DNA of 64,000 nt, taken from Phyllosticta citribraziliensis (lineage: Eukaryota). How positions within the stretch are numbered: position 1 is the stretch's first letter; the number at the start of each line of letters is the position of its first letter. The notes under the pieces were generated by a model. It worked only from the letters and a program-made list of their open reading frames with translations. It did no database searches and was not told where the DNA came from. Position numbers and translations under genes: made by a program. Shown piece by piece: positions 51,104 to 62,996 of the stretch. The stretch spans positions 992,001-1,056,000 of the forward strand of contig NW_027117339.1 of assembly GCF_038025025.1 (NCBI RefSeq), written 5' to 3'.

Positions 51104-53314
51104 CAACGACAGTATGCGTCCTTGTCCCCTGCCAACTCCAACAACCTCGACGCCATTATTGTCTCCCCTTCCGTTTCTTCTTTTGTATCCACCCCTGTGT
51201 ATCCTGCTTGTCTGCGTGCCAGAATGTCTGTTACCATCCCCTCTGCTTCGTCGTCGTCGTCGTTGTCTACTGAGCCTTTTCCCTCCCTTGATGATGTTGC
51301 TTCCCTTTCCAAGCCCAAGCACCTCGTGCCTTCGCTTGCAACACTGCCTTCAGAAGGGAAAGCCACCGCGAACCAGGAACTCGAAGACGTCGACTGTCAT
51401 GGCAACAGCCCCGATCCGAGCGACAGCGGAAACACGGCCACACATTCTTCTATGGTCAACGCCACCATCATTCCCCCGTCCTCATGGTACCCACCAACGC
51501 CGCTCCCATCGTCGATATCGTCGAGCTCGACATCCTCTGCCGTGGTAGCACGCCCCCCGCGCTTGCGCAAGGATTTTCGCTTCGACCTGGCACGCGTGGC
51601 GCTGTCACTGGCGAGCGCGACGGCTGAGGCCTCTACCTCTTCCTCTGCGTCGACGTCGACGCTGTCTGCGGCGTATGCGTCATTGGTGGGAAAGAGCAAG
51701 AACGAAAATGGGAGTGCGAGTGGCAGGAGGGGCATGGAAGGGATGAGGAGGTGGAGTGGTGGATTGGGACTGAGTCTTGGGCTAGGACTGGGCTTAAGGG
51801 GCCAAAGGACGCTCGGTGGGAATGAGGAGGAGGATGACGACCAAGAAACGACGCCGGATCCGCCGCCGAAGAGCGAGTTGAGGAAATTGGGGCACGAAGG
51901 GCCTGTTCCTGGAGCGTTGGAAACTGAGGGACGCAGGGGTAGTAGGGGTAAGGGGCGCGAGGAAGGACGCGATGGCACTGGGGACACCGGTAGGACTACG
52001 AATACTGGAAGCGCTCCTAGGACTGTGAATGGATCTGGACGAATCGCCCCCACGGCCGTAGCTGGACCTAGCAAACCTCCTTATGGGCCTGGACCACATC
52101 ACCAGTCTTCCATGCAATCTTGCCGCGTCGGCGGCGGTTGTGGCCTAAAGGGGTATTCCACTCCATCCTCGACCACCGCGAACGCCAACGCCATAGATCT
52201 GGCGCGCGACCTCGAGGTCCCCGTCGACCTGCTGCAGTTGATAGAGCACGACATTCTCGAGCTGCTGGACGCGCAACCAGACGCCGATGCCGCTGATCAA
52301 GAAGGGCAAGACGTGGGCATCAGGGACGGTGATGTGCGCAGGCTAGCGAGCAGCAGCTTGGATCTCGCGGGTGTGATGGACGCGGTCGAGGAGCTGGAGA
52401 GCTGCGAGGCGTCAGTCATTGCGGGTGAAGGGGACGAGGAAGAGGAAGGGGATGAAGACGAAGACGAAGACGAAGCGGCAGAAGAGGAAGATACAGAGGA
52501 CGTCGACGAGCGCGCGGGGGACCCGACATGGGGCGCAGACATGACGGACGAATCGCATCAGTGCTGGCGGGACCTTGCATATGCAGCAGCAGCTGCAGGG
52601 GTCGTCATGGTGTCACATCAGCAAGTGCGACAACGACAAACGTCGCGCTCGCGGTCCACGTCGGCATCGCCAACGGCGCCATCTGCGGGAGGGGTTTCGT
52701 CGACGGCAGCGACGGGCTCGTCTGCTTCGACGGCTCTTTCGCCTTCAAGCATCCGGTCTCTTTCTCTTGTCCTGGAAGAAGTCGAGGACAAGGACGCTGA
52801 AGCTCCCTCACCCCTGTTTGCGGCATCTCCATCGTCGTCTCCCCCTGGCCACTCTCCCTCGCCGCCGCTGCTGCCGCCCGCACCATCCCCTACGCCAAAC
52901 ACAACACCGTGCTCTCCACTCTCGCCAGCACCATCTGTCGCCGTAGGCAACAATCGCTCGCCCATGGCCTCACCATCTGCAAGTCCCCGCTCCATATCCC
53001 TTCCTTCTCCGCTCCTGTCCTCTCTCTATGGTACCACGCGCGTGCGCCGCGTCGCCAGCCAGCGCTCGCTGCGTAAGACGGCACTGCTGCAGGCTGTCCT
53101 GGCCGAGATGGCGGGACCGCTGGCTGAAGAGGCGGGTGAGGAGCGCATGGCGAGGGCAAGGCTGTTGAGGAGGACGCTCGCTGCGCGTGCCGCTGCGAAT
53201 GCGGAGGCGGATGCGGTTGCGGGGTCCGACGATGATGGTAGTGGCGAGAGGAGGGCGAGGGCAAGAGGAAGTTGGGAAGGATTGGGGAGCGTCGGTGGGT
53301 GGGTGTATTTGTGA
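51104..53314 (+). CDS. 736-codon low-complexity ORF in frame with sepH: read-through extension or separate gene from ATG 51224
   Basis: No stop between the sepH TAG (51101-51103) and TGA (53312-53314). Ser-rich, acidic (EEEEGDEDEDEDE) and Pro-rich tracts all fall in this frame. No recognised domain. Confidence 0.6.
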   Translation, partial: QRQYASLSPANSNNLDAIIVSPSVSSFVSTPVYPACLRARMSVTIPSASSSSSLSTEPFPSLDDVASLSKPKHLVPSLATLPSEGKATANQELEDVDCHGNSPDPSDSGNTATHSSMVNATIIPPSSWYPPTPLPSSISSSSTSSAVVARPPRLRKDFRFDLARVALSLASATAEASTSSSASTSTLSAAYASLVGKSKNENGSASGRRGMEGMRRWSGGLGLSLGLGLGLRGQRTLGGNEEEDDDQETTPDPPPKSELRKLGHEGPVPGALETEGRRGSRGKGREEGRDGTGDTGRTTNTGSAPRTVNGSGRIAPTAVAGPSKPPYGPGPHHQSSMQSCRVGGGCGLKGYSTPSSTTANANAIDLARDLEVPVDLLQLIEHDILELLDAQPDADAADQEGQDVGIRDGDVRRLASSSLDLAGVMDAVEELESCEASVIAGEGDEEEEGDEDEDEDEAAEEEDTEDVDERAGDPTWGADMTDESHQCWRDLAYAAAAAGVVMVSHQQVRQRQTSRSRSTSASPTAPSAGGVSSTAATGSSASTALSPSSIRSLSLVLEEVEDKDAEAPSPLFAASPSSSPPGHSPSPPLLPPAPSPTPNTTPCSPLSPAPSVAVGNNRSPMASPSASPRSISLPSPLLSSLYGTTRVRRVASQRSLRKTALLQAVLAEMAGPLAEEAGEERMARARLLRRTLAARAAANAEADAVAGSDDDGSGERRARARGSWEGLGSVGGWVYL

Positions 53315-54563
53315 GGTGTGCCGCCGGTCGATTGAGAGGCAGACCACTCAAAGGTCGCGTTTGCTGTGTTGGATGAAGCGGAAGATCCGCAAGACTGAGT
53401 TCAAGGCCGGAACTTATCCATTACCGCCTCATTTCATTTGTATAGTCTTTTTCTCATTTGGCTTGGTTCGGTACGCTGGGTCAGAGCGTGGGGCGTTTCG
53501 CGGGATTCGGATTCACAGGTCAAGGGTTCGCTCTCTCGGTTCCTCTTATTGCGCGTCTTATTTCCGGTCTGTCATTTCACCAAGCCTTGTTGTTGTTTTG
53601 GTCCCTTAGCGTATCTCGTGCTTCAATCGCATTTTCATAAAGAAAGCTCCACCGCAGGGTGACCCATAGTCTGATAGCGTTATTCTCCAAGATTTGTTTT
53701 CTTGATCCGCTTCATGCTGTCTACTGGCTCCACTATCTTCGTATCGCACATACTTGGTCAAATTGTTGAGTCTGTTCTTGGTACTACTGGGCCCTGCCTC
53801 TTAACTGTCAGGCGAACTCCTGTCCACTCCTTTCATGATGCTTCGTATCCAGATATGTATGCCTCTTGCCAGAACTCTTGATTACTATACGCTGCGGAGA
53901 AGCAAGAGGCGGGGGCCATTCGGGGTTTCCCCGCTTTTATTACACTTCGTCAACAGTGCGGCGCCTCCGCTCTGGCCAGATCTGTTCCTGTTGTATTGAT
54001 GCTTCCATTCGAAAGTTATCTGCTCTCGCCACCTCGGAAGCATGTCGTTGAAAGCCAGATCCTGCTTTTCCTGGATCGCGTGGACGAGCTCGTCGGATGG
54101 CCGGGTAGAGTCGGATACCGGCGCCGCTTTTGATGATGGCGTTCTGGAGGCCAGGTGGATTTTAGCATGAAGTTGATTCAGTCAGTCACGGGAAATTATT
54201 CCGTGGGGGCTTTTTGGAATGGAACAGCGCATCTGGTTTCACCGATCAGACAACAGTTGATAGTAAACAGTTTTGGCGAACACGACACACGCGAGCGAGA
54301 GAACTTCGAGGAGACAATGTATGGTGACAAGAAATTAATTCATTTGCGATGCCAATGAGTGGACACAGATCCTCTATCCGTCCGTCACAGGAGCTGTTGA
54401 AGACGCCAGCCCCAAAATCAAGAGCCGGTGTACACCCAAACGCAGTACCATGTCTTGAGCCAAAAATCCGTGGACCCTGTGGCATGTCAGCGACTAGTCG
54501 AGCACAGGTAGGGAGAAGATGTTCTCCCGTCCACAAAATGGGGGTGTCTCACCCAAAAATCCC

Positions 54564-55415
54564 CTACGAGTCGTCGTTCTTGCCGTCCCAGTGGCCCTTC
54601 TTGAGAACGATCGTTACCACGGTCAGCTCGCCTTTGAAGTGGCACTTCACGAGCACTTGACTCTTGATGATTCCGCCGCCGCCGTTATCAGGTACATCGT
54701 CGTATGGTGCATGACAGTAATCGGGGTCCGTCGGGTCATCACAAATCAAACCGTCGTCTTCCTTCTTTGTATGATCGCTGCCATCACCGATGGTGGAGGT
54801 CTTCGTCTCCTTGGTGCATGTGGCTTGGAACGTGAGTTCGCCGACCTGGTAATAATAGATGCCTTTCAGTTCGTCTTCATTGACTGGTTCACCCTTCTTC
54901 TTCTTCATGGCACGCGGAAGAGCACTACATAATCATTAGCGCTGCTCATGTCGTAGGTTATAAAGAATGGACAGTGAGGCCTACGCTTCCGAGTACTCCC
55001 AGACGATCTTGACGTAAACAGTGACCGTCTCCTTCGTGACGATCTCATTGTCGTCAATGTTGATGATGAAGGCCGTTTTGATGCGCTCACAGCGCTGGAA
55101 ATCTTTGGTGTTTTGTACACCACTATGGCAAAGCGTGTAATATTGCGTGTTCGGGTTGTAGGTTGAGAAAGAGACTTCGTAATATTCGAGTGTCCCTTCG
55201 AATTTGATGTCGTAAACGACGACACCCAAGACGTCGTCCTTGGTATAATCGGGCTTGTCGGGGGGGTTGTAGCAACCCTCGACGTGGTCACCTCCGTTTT
55301 TACTATCGCAAAAAGGTTGGTCGTTGCGCCGTGCGAGATCCTTGGTGGGAGGCTCAGCTGCGGGTGCGGCGACAACCAAAGCCGCAGCAAGTGGGAGGAA
55401 GTTGAGGAAACGCAT
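54564..55415 (-). CDS. Secreted, probably Kex2-processed, Cys-containing protein with two related modules (effector candidate), about 263 aa
   Basis: Signal peptide MRFLNFLPLAAALVVA, short pro-peptide ending DLARR. Intron 54925-54984 (GTAGGC, GCTAAT, TAG) joins the 144-aa and 114-aa ORFs in frame (EAALPRAMKK). The 3' end is uncertain. Confidence 0.8.
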
Positions 55416-55749
55416 AATGAATCAGCGCTCAAAGGAGACCAGGTAATGATGTCTGAGTACAATGCGGGTGTTTTGTATTGGCCTCCGACGCTTGATGATA
55501 GTCCGATGCGGGCAAATCGTCTCTAATATATAGCAAACCAGTTCTGCGGCTCATCTCCACTCTGCTCACCACCACCTTCGTTTGTCCGTCGGTTGGCCGA
55601 AAATAGAGACAAGAGAGCAAGGAAGGTCGTCTGTGCGTCTAACTGCCTGTTAAACGTGACTCTGATCGAAGAGTATTGGAACTTTGCTTGCGCTGTCCTG
55701 GCGAAGTTTCCCAGTGTTGAGGCGAAGGTACAACGGGAAGCCAACAAGC

Positions 55750-56860
55750 ATCTAGGTCAAAGCCGTGCTCTGCCTTTCAGGATACAATTGGTCGTAGAGC
55801 AGCTTTCCGTCCTCCGCCATAACCTTTCTGGTAAGTTGCTTCCTGGGGTAAGAGTATTTTCGTGTTGATTGGATCGCGAGACCGTTGGGGATTGGCCGGT
55901 ATATTTGGGCGGATCTATCCGAGTGGCCATTGGCCTCCTCCGACGAATTCATGGTAGGGATGACCACTGAGAGAAGCGGTATTGATGACAAGGAATCCAG
56001 GACGCAGCTTACCCGTATCGATGAAGTAACTTTGTGGATTCAGGAACGTTTGCAGTACCAAGAGCCAGGAACCGCGATCCGGAAGCAACAGATTCCCGCA
56101 TTTGCTGCTCGGCCATGTGCAGTGTTCTGGAAGGTTTCTTTCATCTGAAGTGCATCTTGCCAGCCGCTTAACCATAGAAGGAAAGCATTGAACACCAAGG
56201 CTAATCGTCTGTGACTGAGAAGCCAACCCGGGCGAATTGCGTCCTGTATAGACATCAAATTGATTCTGGGCGACGATTGCAATCATTACGCAGAACTCCG
56301 CTTCCTTCCACCAAGATTTGGGCTGGCGCATGCTGATCGGAAATTTGATCGGTCAATCAATGGAAGCAAGAAAACGGGCGTGGAGAAAACACTCACAGGT
56401 AAGCTTCAATGAAGCCACTCCGGACTATCCGTTGTCTTTAAAGATCCTCATCTTGAAGAAGGGCGTCATATGTTGGACAGTAAAGAAACGGTTGGCCGTT
56501 CTGATCGTTGAGAAGGCAGTAGAAATATATCCTTTGAGCAGCTGGAGAAAAGCGTCACTGTATCGTCGCTATGCACAGCCATTTTCTAGGCCAACAGCAT
56601 TGCGTGTCCCTTCGAAGCAGAGCCGCAAGTCCGTGAAAACAGCGCTGCTGTTTCTTTGGGTGGAGGTGGGGGACTGCGGTCCATGCACACTGCAGGTAAC
56701 TGTTAGCTCAAAGCTGGAAGTCAAAATATCAAAATCGATATTGTGCGATAATACACTTTTTCAAAGCCACATTCAGGAATTTGGTCCAAAATAACAAGGC
56801 GTTGGGCTCGATGAATTAGCCCGGAACGGAAATTTGTGCGCAGGCTTTATCCTTCAACAG
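55750..56860 (-). pseudogene. Probable degraded gene relic of unknown family
   Basis: Minus-strand intron-like segments (acceptor GCTAAC..CAG near 56690; GTGAGT..CAG 56333-56396; GTAAGC..CAG 55967-56012) flank protein-like frames broken by stops, e.g. IYFYCLLNDQNGQPFLYCPTYDALLQDEDL*RQRIVRSGFIEAYL. Confidence 0.3.
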
Positions 56861-59258
56861 GAATATGCGTATGGCGGAGGACCAACATCCCGATGACCAA
56901 GAGCACCGTTGTAATTTGCATGCCATCCGGAAGAAAAGCAGACCAGTCGGACAAACATAAGATCCCGAGAGAACTGGCTTCAGAAAAGACAATTTCGCTT
57001 TTCAGCTCATTGCATCATGATTGTGCACCAGCGAAGATTGTGGAGGATGAGGTGAGGTGAAAGCAAAGCTGAGGTAGCTGCTGAAAAGGAAATTGATGCA
57101 GCGCAAAGTGCTGAACAGTCAGCCATATCGGTTGAGCTGTCAGCACATGAGCGATTGCAGCCAAGCCCGGACAAGACGGTTTTCCGGTGAACATTGAAGC
57201 TTGTGGATGGGTTTACCCTGCAATGCGCGCTCCAGGATTCTTGTGTCTTTCACGTAGCTCGCGACGCGTGCCGAGCTGCCGATCAAGTGTTACCATCCAA
57301 ACAATCCTAAAAATATCCGATTTGCTGTTTACCGCGAGTAAACTGATCAAGAACCCAAAGAGTCGAAAGAACGACATGATGAGACAAAACTTTGAGGATC
57401 TCTAACCTGTCTGTTGTGTGAATTTGGGACCGGCGCAGTCCAGTCTACATTTACCAGCGACATATGGATGGTGTTGTGCCGTCGCAAGAGTGATGGGAGC
57501 TGGCGGCGTTTACCGCTGGGGTGCTCAGAATGGTCGCTAGGCGACCAATCGAACATGGCAAATATTGCGGTGACTTTCGGGTTGCGTGAGCGCGCGACGG
57601 AAAGAGAGGGCCAAGGGAAGCAGAACCTCGGCTGCGAAACCCCCCGGTAGGAAACCTCTTGGTGGACTGTCTTCCAGACTGAAGCTTCTGACCAAAATAG
57701 AAAACCGTGTACCTGCAGCATTGAGGTGAAAGTTCGACAGGACCAAAATTCGACAAGGATCAAGTCACTACATGCTTCCATACTGGCCAAGACCTCTGTG
57801 TGGTACCGTTAGCAAGCCGAGATAATGATGGAGAAGACGCAGAAAAGCCACTGTGGCTTGACGTAGGGGAATGAAATCTTTCAATTACCACTGTGCGCCG
57901 CAATTTCGCTCCAGCATTCTGGCAGCATTCAGCCCAATTGTCTTGGAAGCATCGCCGTTGGTTTCTAGAAGCAGGCTAATTTTGGCTTGGCAAGTTAACG
58001 TAGTCTAGCTTTCTGACTTGCAGCCTAGAGGTGGGCTGTTCCAATTTTGTCCGGGAGGTTGAAAGCCAAAAGGAACAAAGGTTTTCGGCCGTCAGATGAC
58101 CAGAGGACGCGGCGAATGACGGCTGGATCGAGGCGCCTTGATGAATGAATCTGCGTCCTTCCGCTCTGGTACGCATAATCTTGGATTGGGGATGGTTTGA
58201 GTTGATGTCGAGTGCGTGCTGGAATCTGGTCATGAACGAAAGCTGAGCGTAGCTGAACGGAGTAAGATGGATTGAAGAACCCACCCGGTCCCGTCAACGG
58301 GAAGGACCTCAAGTCGGGTCGACCGATGACGTTGATGGACCGGACCGTCTCGGGACGCTCGGACCCACCAAATCACGTGCACCCCACCGGTCGGCGCGAC
58401 AAACAAAACTCGTCGTCCTCTCGGGCTCTCCTTCCTTCTTTACATAAAACTTCAGGTCTCGATCAACACCCTCTGCCTTCGCTGCCTCGCGCGCAGAGGG
58501 TGTACTCTTCTTTATTCGAGTTGGAGGACCAAGAACGAAATAGTCGCCCTTTCTAATCCCGCTCCATCTTCAGTTTAGTGTTGTGGGTTCGCTTTGGGCC
58601 GACAAGTCTTCCTCTTTTCTCAGTGATGTTACTTTTCTTGCTAGCGGCTGTGTGACTTGAGTGACTTTGGTCACAGGGCGTCGTCCGCGCTGCTGCACAT
58701 GCTCTTCGTTCGTGTTGCGACCAGGGGCTGCTTCCGCTCCCCAGGATGGAACGGTGCGGTCGGCTGCAGGCCATGACTCGAATTGTTGAGATCGACTGTT
58801 GGAAAGCAGTGATGTTGCTTCAGATTGGAGACTCGAATATGCAGGAACGAAACCACGCTCGTGGTTCAGGATGACCGGCAGAAGCGAGGCGTGGGCAAGC
58901 TGTACATGGACCAAGTCACCAAATGTCTATCCAAGGCAGGAATCAGGAACGTGCCCTAGGTGTTGAGGGGTATGAGCAGGCGGGGTAATAATGTGCTCAG
59001 GCAAGACCAAACTCTAGACCCTGGATCTCTCTCTGTTTGAGACAAGGTATTGATCTTGGTCGACGAGGAACAACGTGGATTTGACTGCGCTGACCCTCTC
59101 ATAGCTGTAGACGCCTGCTGAGAACACCATCGACAAACGTCCTCGCGTGCCATGACGCACCCATCGTTGAAATAAATGTGCCTTGCATTCTATACGAATA
59201 CCAAATAGTCCCACGAGTGTATCAATCCTGCGCCACCGCGTTGTAATGAACCCATCCT

Positions 59259-59556
59259 CTATTCGACGCTCTTGGTTTGGCCGTCGGCCTCGCCCGAGTT
59301 GACCTTCTTGCCCGTCTTCTTGATGGTGTTCAGAACGGTGTCGTAGTCGAGCGAATCGGCGGCGACGACCTCTGCGGTTTGCGACTCGAGCGAGATGTTG
59401 TGCGACTTGACGCCTGCGTAGCCACAGTGATTAGAGCAGTCGTGAGGAGGGCTGGAGGGCGTACGCACCATCAAGCTTCTTGAGGACACGGTCAATGGCA
59501 CCAGAGCAGCCGCTGCAGCTCATGGTGACGTTGAACTTGTAGACGTGCTCAGACAT
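59259..59556 (-). CDS. ATX1: Copper chaperone Atx1, 2 exons
   Basis: MSEHVYKFNVTMSCSGCSGAIDRVLKKLDG (MxCxxC HMA motif) and IKKTGKKV. Intron 59414-59468. Confidence 0.97.
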
Positions 59557-60047
59557 GGCGGGTGGTTGTTGGCTTCTTGGGAGATTCGGAGGTTATGGTG
59601 GTCTTTGCGAGGATGGAGAGGCTAAGGTGTGGAGGAAGGAGTCTTTGTACAAAGGGAGAGGGAGAGGTTGGCGCGTTGCGTGCTTGTTGGCTTACGGGGT
59701 TTATAAGCGTGGTCGGAGTTCCGCAGAGCCAGAGCGCGCGTTTTCTGAGACAAAGTGGACAAACGACGCCCTCGCTTCCATGGCTTCTTGCTGACCTGTC
59801 ATTGGCATGGGCTGCCACTCTGAAACCAGTGTAGTTTAGGTAAATGCAACGCCCCTCCCCATGTGGAGAGGCCCGTGGTGATCGCAGACTGGAGCGTCCC
59901 CAGGTCCAGTCGCGCCGTACGGAGGTACCCTGGCAGACGTCACCGCCCGACCGAAGACGCCCCGCCATGTATTTGTCCTGCGCTCGGTGAGCCGCAACAG
60001 TAAACAACTTCCAGCCTGGCAGGCCTTCCTTGCCCCAACCCTGCAGA

Positions 60048-62996
60048 ATGGCTTCGTGCGTCCTCTCTCGACCAACACGTCGACAATCCGACTGATCTTT
60101 ACGCAGGAACATGCTCCACCTTCCATTCCGGCGCTCGCACGGAGTCACCTTGTCCGACTCTATCAAGCAGTACATATCCAGCAAATATGACCAGCACCCG
60201 GACATGTTCGCGGCCGACCTCGAGGCCATCGATTCGTTGCGATCTAGCGCCATCAACTCCATCGAGCCTCATGCGAGCGGGGTCAGGAAACTGCAGGCCT
60301 ATGCTGCCCAGCTGGTCTGGATAGGCGGAAAATTCCCAGTAGATGTATGTGAGCTACGATGGCGTCCCATTCTGACGAGGCTCACACCATACTTCAGATT
60401 GGCGTCGAGTTCATGTGGTATCCTGCGTTGGGCTACAACACACAACGACCGAGTACGGTAACGCGCAGCGGCTGGAGTATAGCAACGCTGATTCAGTGAG
60501 CACAGTATCCGAGAACAACATCCGCTTCGAATTGGCCAACATCGTATTCAATCTTGCTGCCATGTACTCGCAGCTCGCCACCTCCACCAATCGAACCACC
60601 TCCGACGGCCTCAAGTTGGCCTGCAACTACTTCTGCGTCTCCGCTGGAGTCCTCTCACATCTCAAAACCACTATAATACCCGACCTGCGGACAGCACCAC
60701 CCGAGGACATGGATACTATGACGTTGGAAAGTCTTGAGCACCTCATGCTGGCGCAAGCGCAAGAATGCTTTTGGCAAAAGGCTGTGAAAGACGGTCTCAA
60801 AGACGCATCAATATCGAAGCTGGCGGCCAAAGTCTCGGACTTATACGTCGCTGCTGGGGACTGGGGAATCAAGTCGAATGCCGTAAGCAGCGAGTGGATA
60901 CACCACACGACTGCGAAGCACCACCACTTTGCAGCGGCAGCACAGTTTAGGGCGGCGCTTGACTGCCTGGAAAAGCGCAAATACGGCGAAGAGGTGGCAA
61001 GGTTAAGAGACAGCCTGAACTGCGCGAATGAGGCGCTCAAAGAAGCTCGCTATATTAGTAAAGCGGTCCTAGGTGACTTGAACGGCCTCAAAAACAGAGT
61101 TTCGGAGGATCTGAAGCGCGCAGAAAAGGACAACGACATGATATACCTTTGTATGTCCACATTGGCTTGCGCAGAGAATTTGCCAACTGACGAGCTGAAA
61201 TAGTGCCCGTACCACCAAAGTCCGAGCTCAAGACTCTTGACCGAGCGGGCATGGTAGCGGCCAAAATTCCCAAGGAAATTTCCGACCCCTTGTCCATGCT
61301 CGGGGACAACGGCGAGCTTGGGCGGCCGTTATTCTCCAAACTGGTGCCGTACTCGGTGCATGTGGCTGCAAGCATCTATGCCGACCGCCGGGACCGTTTG
61401 GTAAACAAGACAATAGACGAGCTGGAAGATCTCACGGCGCGGATACACGAGTACGTCATCGCCATGACTGCACTGCCACAACCGCGGAGGCTGAGCTAAC
61501 AACTCGCAGGGTCCTCAAGTCCCTCAATCTCCCAGGATCGTTGCAGGCGCTGGAGAAGCCCCTTGGGTTACCGCCGGGACTTGTGTCACATGCGGAGGAA
61601 ATCCGCCAACAAGGTGGTCTTGACCGGATTTACCGATCCATTGATGAGACCGAAGGATTGAAAGATTCAGACCGCGCTGTGTACCAAGAAGGCGTAGATC
61701 TGCTGAGAAGCGAGGCTGCCGAGGATGAGCGCGCTCGCCGAAAGTACGGGACGGACCGCTGGTTACGCGCGCTGTCGACAGAGGCGGCCAAGAAGCTCTA
61801 TGCTCAGATTAGCGAGATTGAAGGCTATCTGAGCAGCGCAGCCAATAGCGATGGCATTGTGCAGGGCAAGGTCAAGGAAAATGAATCCTTGATACGGCTG
61901 CTGAGCGGCACGGACCGGGATCTGGAATCGTTTGTCCCGAGCAGTCGACGGGTGAGCATGACGGCGGAGGTGGAGCGGGAGGCGAGTAAGCTGCGAGGAT
62001 GCCTGAATGAAGTGGCGCGGTTGGAGAGCCGGCGAAAGAAGAAGATTGAGGCTTTGAAGGCCAAGGCCAAGCAAGACGACATCAGTAAGCCGAGTCCCTT
62101 GTCCTACACCAACACCGACTCTGGGAAACATCGCTAACATTCTGCCTATAGCTCCTTCACTCCTGTCAGAAACGGCCCGTCTCGAGAGGGCATATCCTAT
62201 GCAGCCCATTGAAGCGATCCAGTTCGAAGACCTTTTCAGCGCACACCTCTCAGAAAACTGGGACCCCGAAACGAGCGAGTTGCTCTCTTCAGAATCCCAG
62301 CTTCAATCAACGCTAGTATCGCGCCTCACAGCAGCCAATGCCGCCTTCAACGCCGCGCGCGCGCCTAGTACCAACAAGTCATCCTCAGACCGCGAAGCGG
62401 CGCTGCAGAAACTGGAAAACGCCTACTTCAAGTACAAGGAGGTCATATCCAACCTCGACGTAGGGCGCAAGTTCTACAACGACCTCGCCAAGGTGGTGGG
62501 CCGGTTCCGCGAGGACGCGCGCGCCTTTACCTATGGGCGGCGGGCCGAGGCGGCGAGCTTCGAGCGCGACATTGTCGAAGGCATGGAGGGTCTCGTCATC
62601 CGCGAGGAAGGCCGCCGCCGTGAGGAGCAGCTCAAGGGCGAGCGAGAGAGGCAGGTTCGTGCCAGTATGCTTGCTGGGCAGCCAGTCCCATCGGCGTTTG
62701 ACGTCAATGCGGGCTCTCCCCAACAGCAGCAACCGCAACAGCACCCACAGCCCCTTGGCAGCGGGAACGCAACGCCTCTGCCTGCGCCGACGCCCACTCG
62801 CGCCAGCTTTGTCGAGGGCGTGCAGGCGGGCGCCGCTGGGCCCTCGACCAATGGCATGTGGTCGCCTGAGGTGGGCATCCGCTTCGGTGGGCCCCCTGGA
62901 GGCGCCGCCGCGGCTGCACCGCAGCAGCAACAACCGCCCGGACCAGACGTACAGAACCGGACGTGGGATCCGAGCATGGGGTTGAAGTTTGGGTGA
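60048..62996 (+). CDS. palA: pH-response regulator PalA/Rim20 (BRO1 + ALIX V domain), about 7 exons
   Basis: MASNMLHLPFRRSH, YDQHPDMF, FELANIVFNLAAMYSQLA, LMLAQAQECFWQKA, YGEEVARL, DNDMIYL, LQALEKPLGLP, GRKFYNDL; C-terminal WDPSMGLKFG. Confidence 0.95.
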
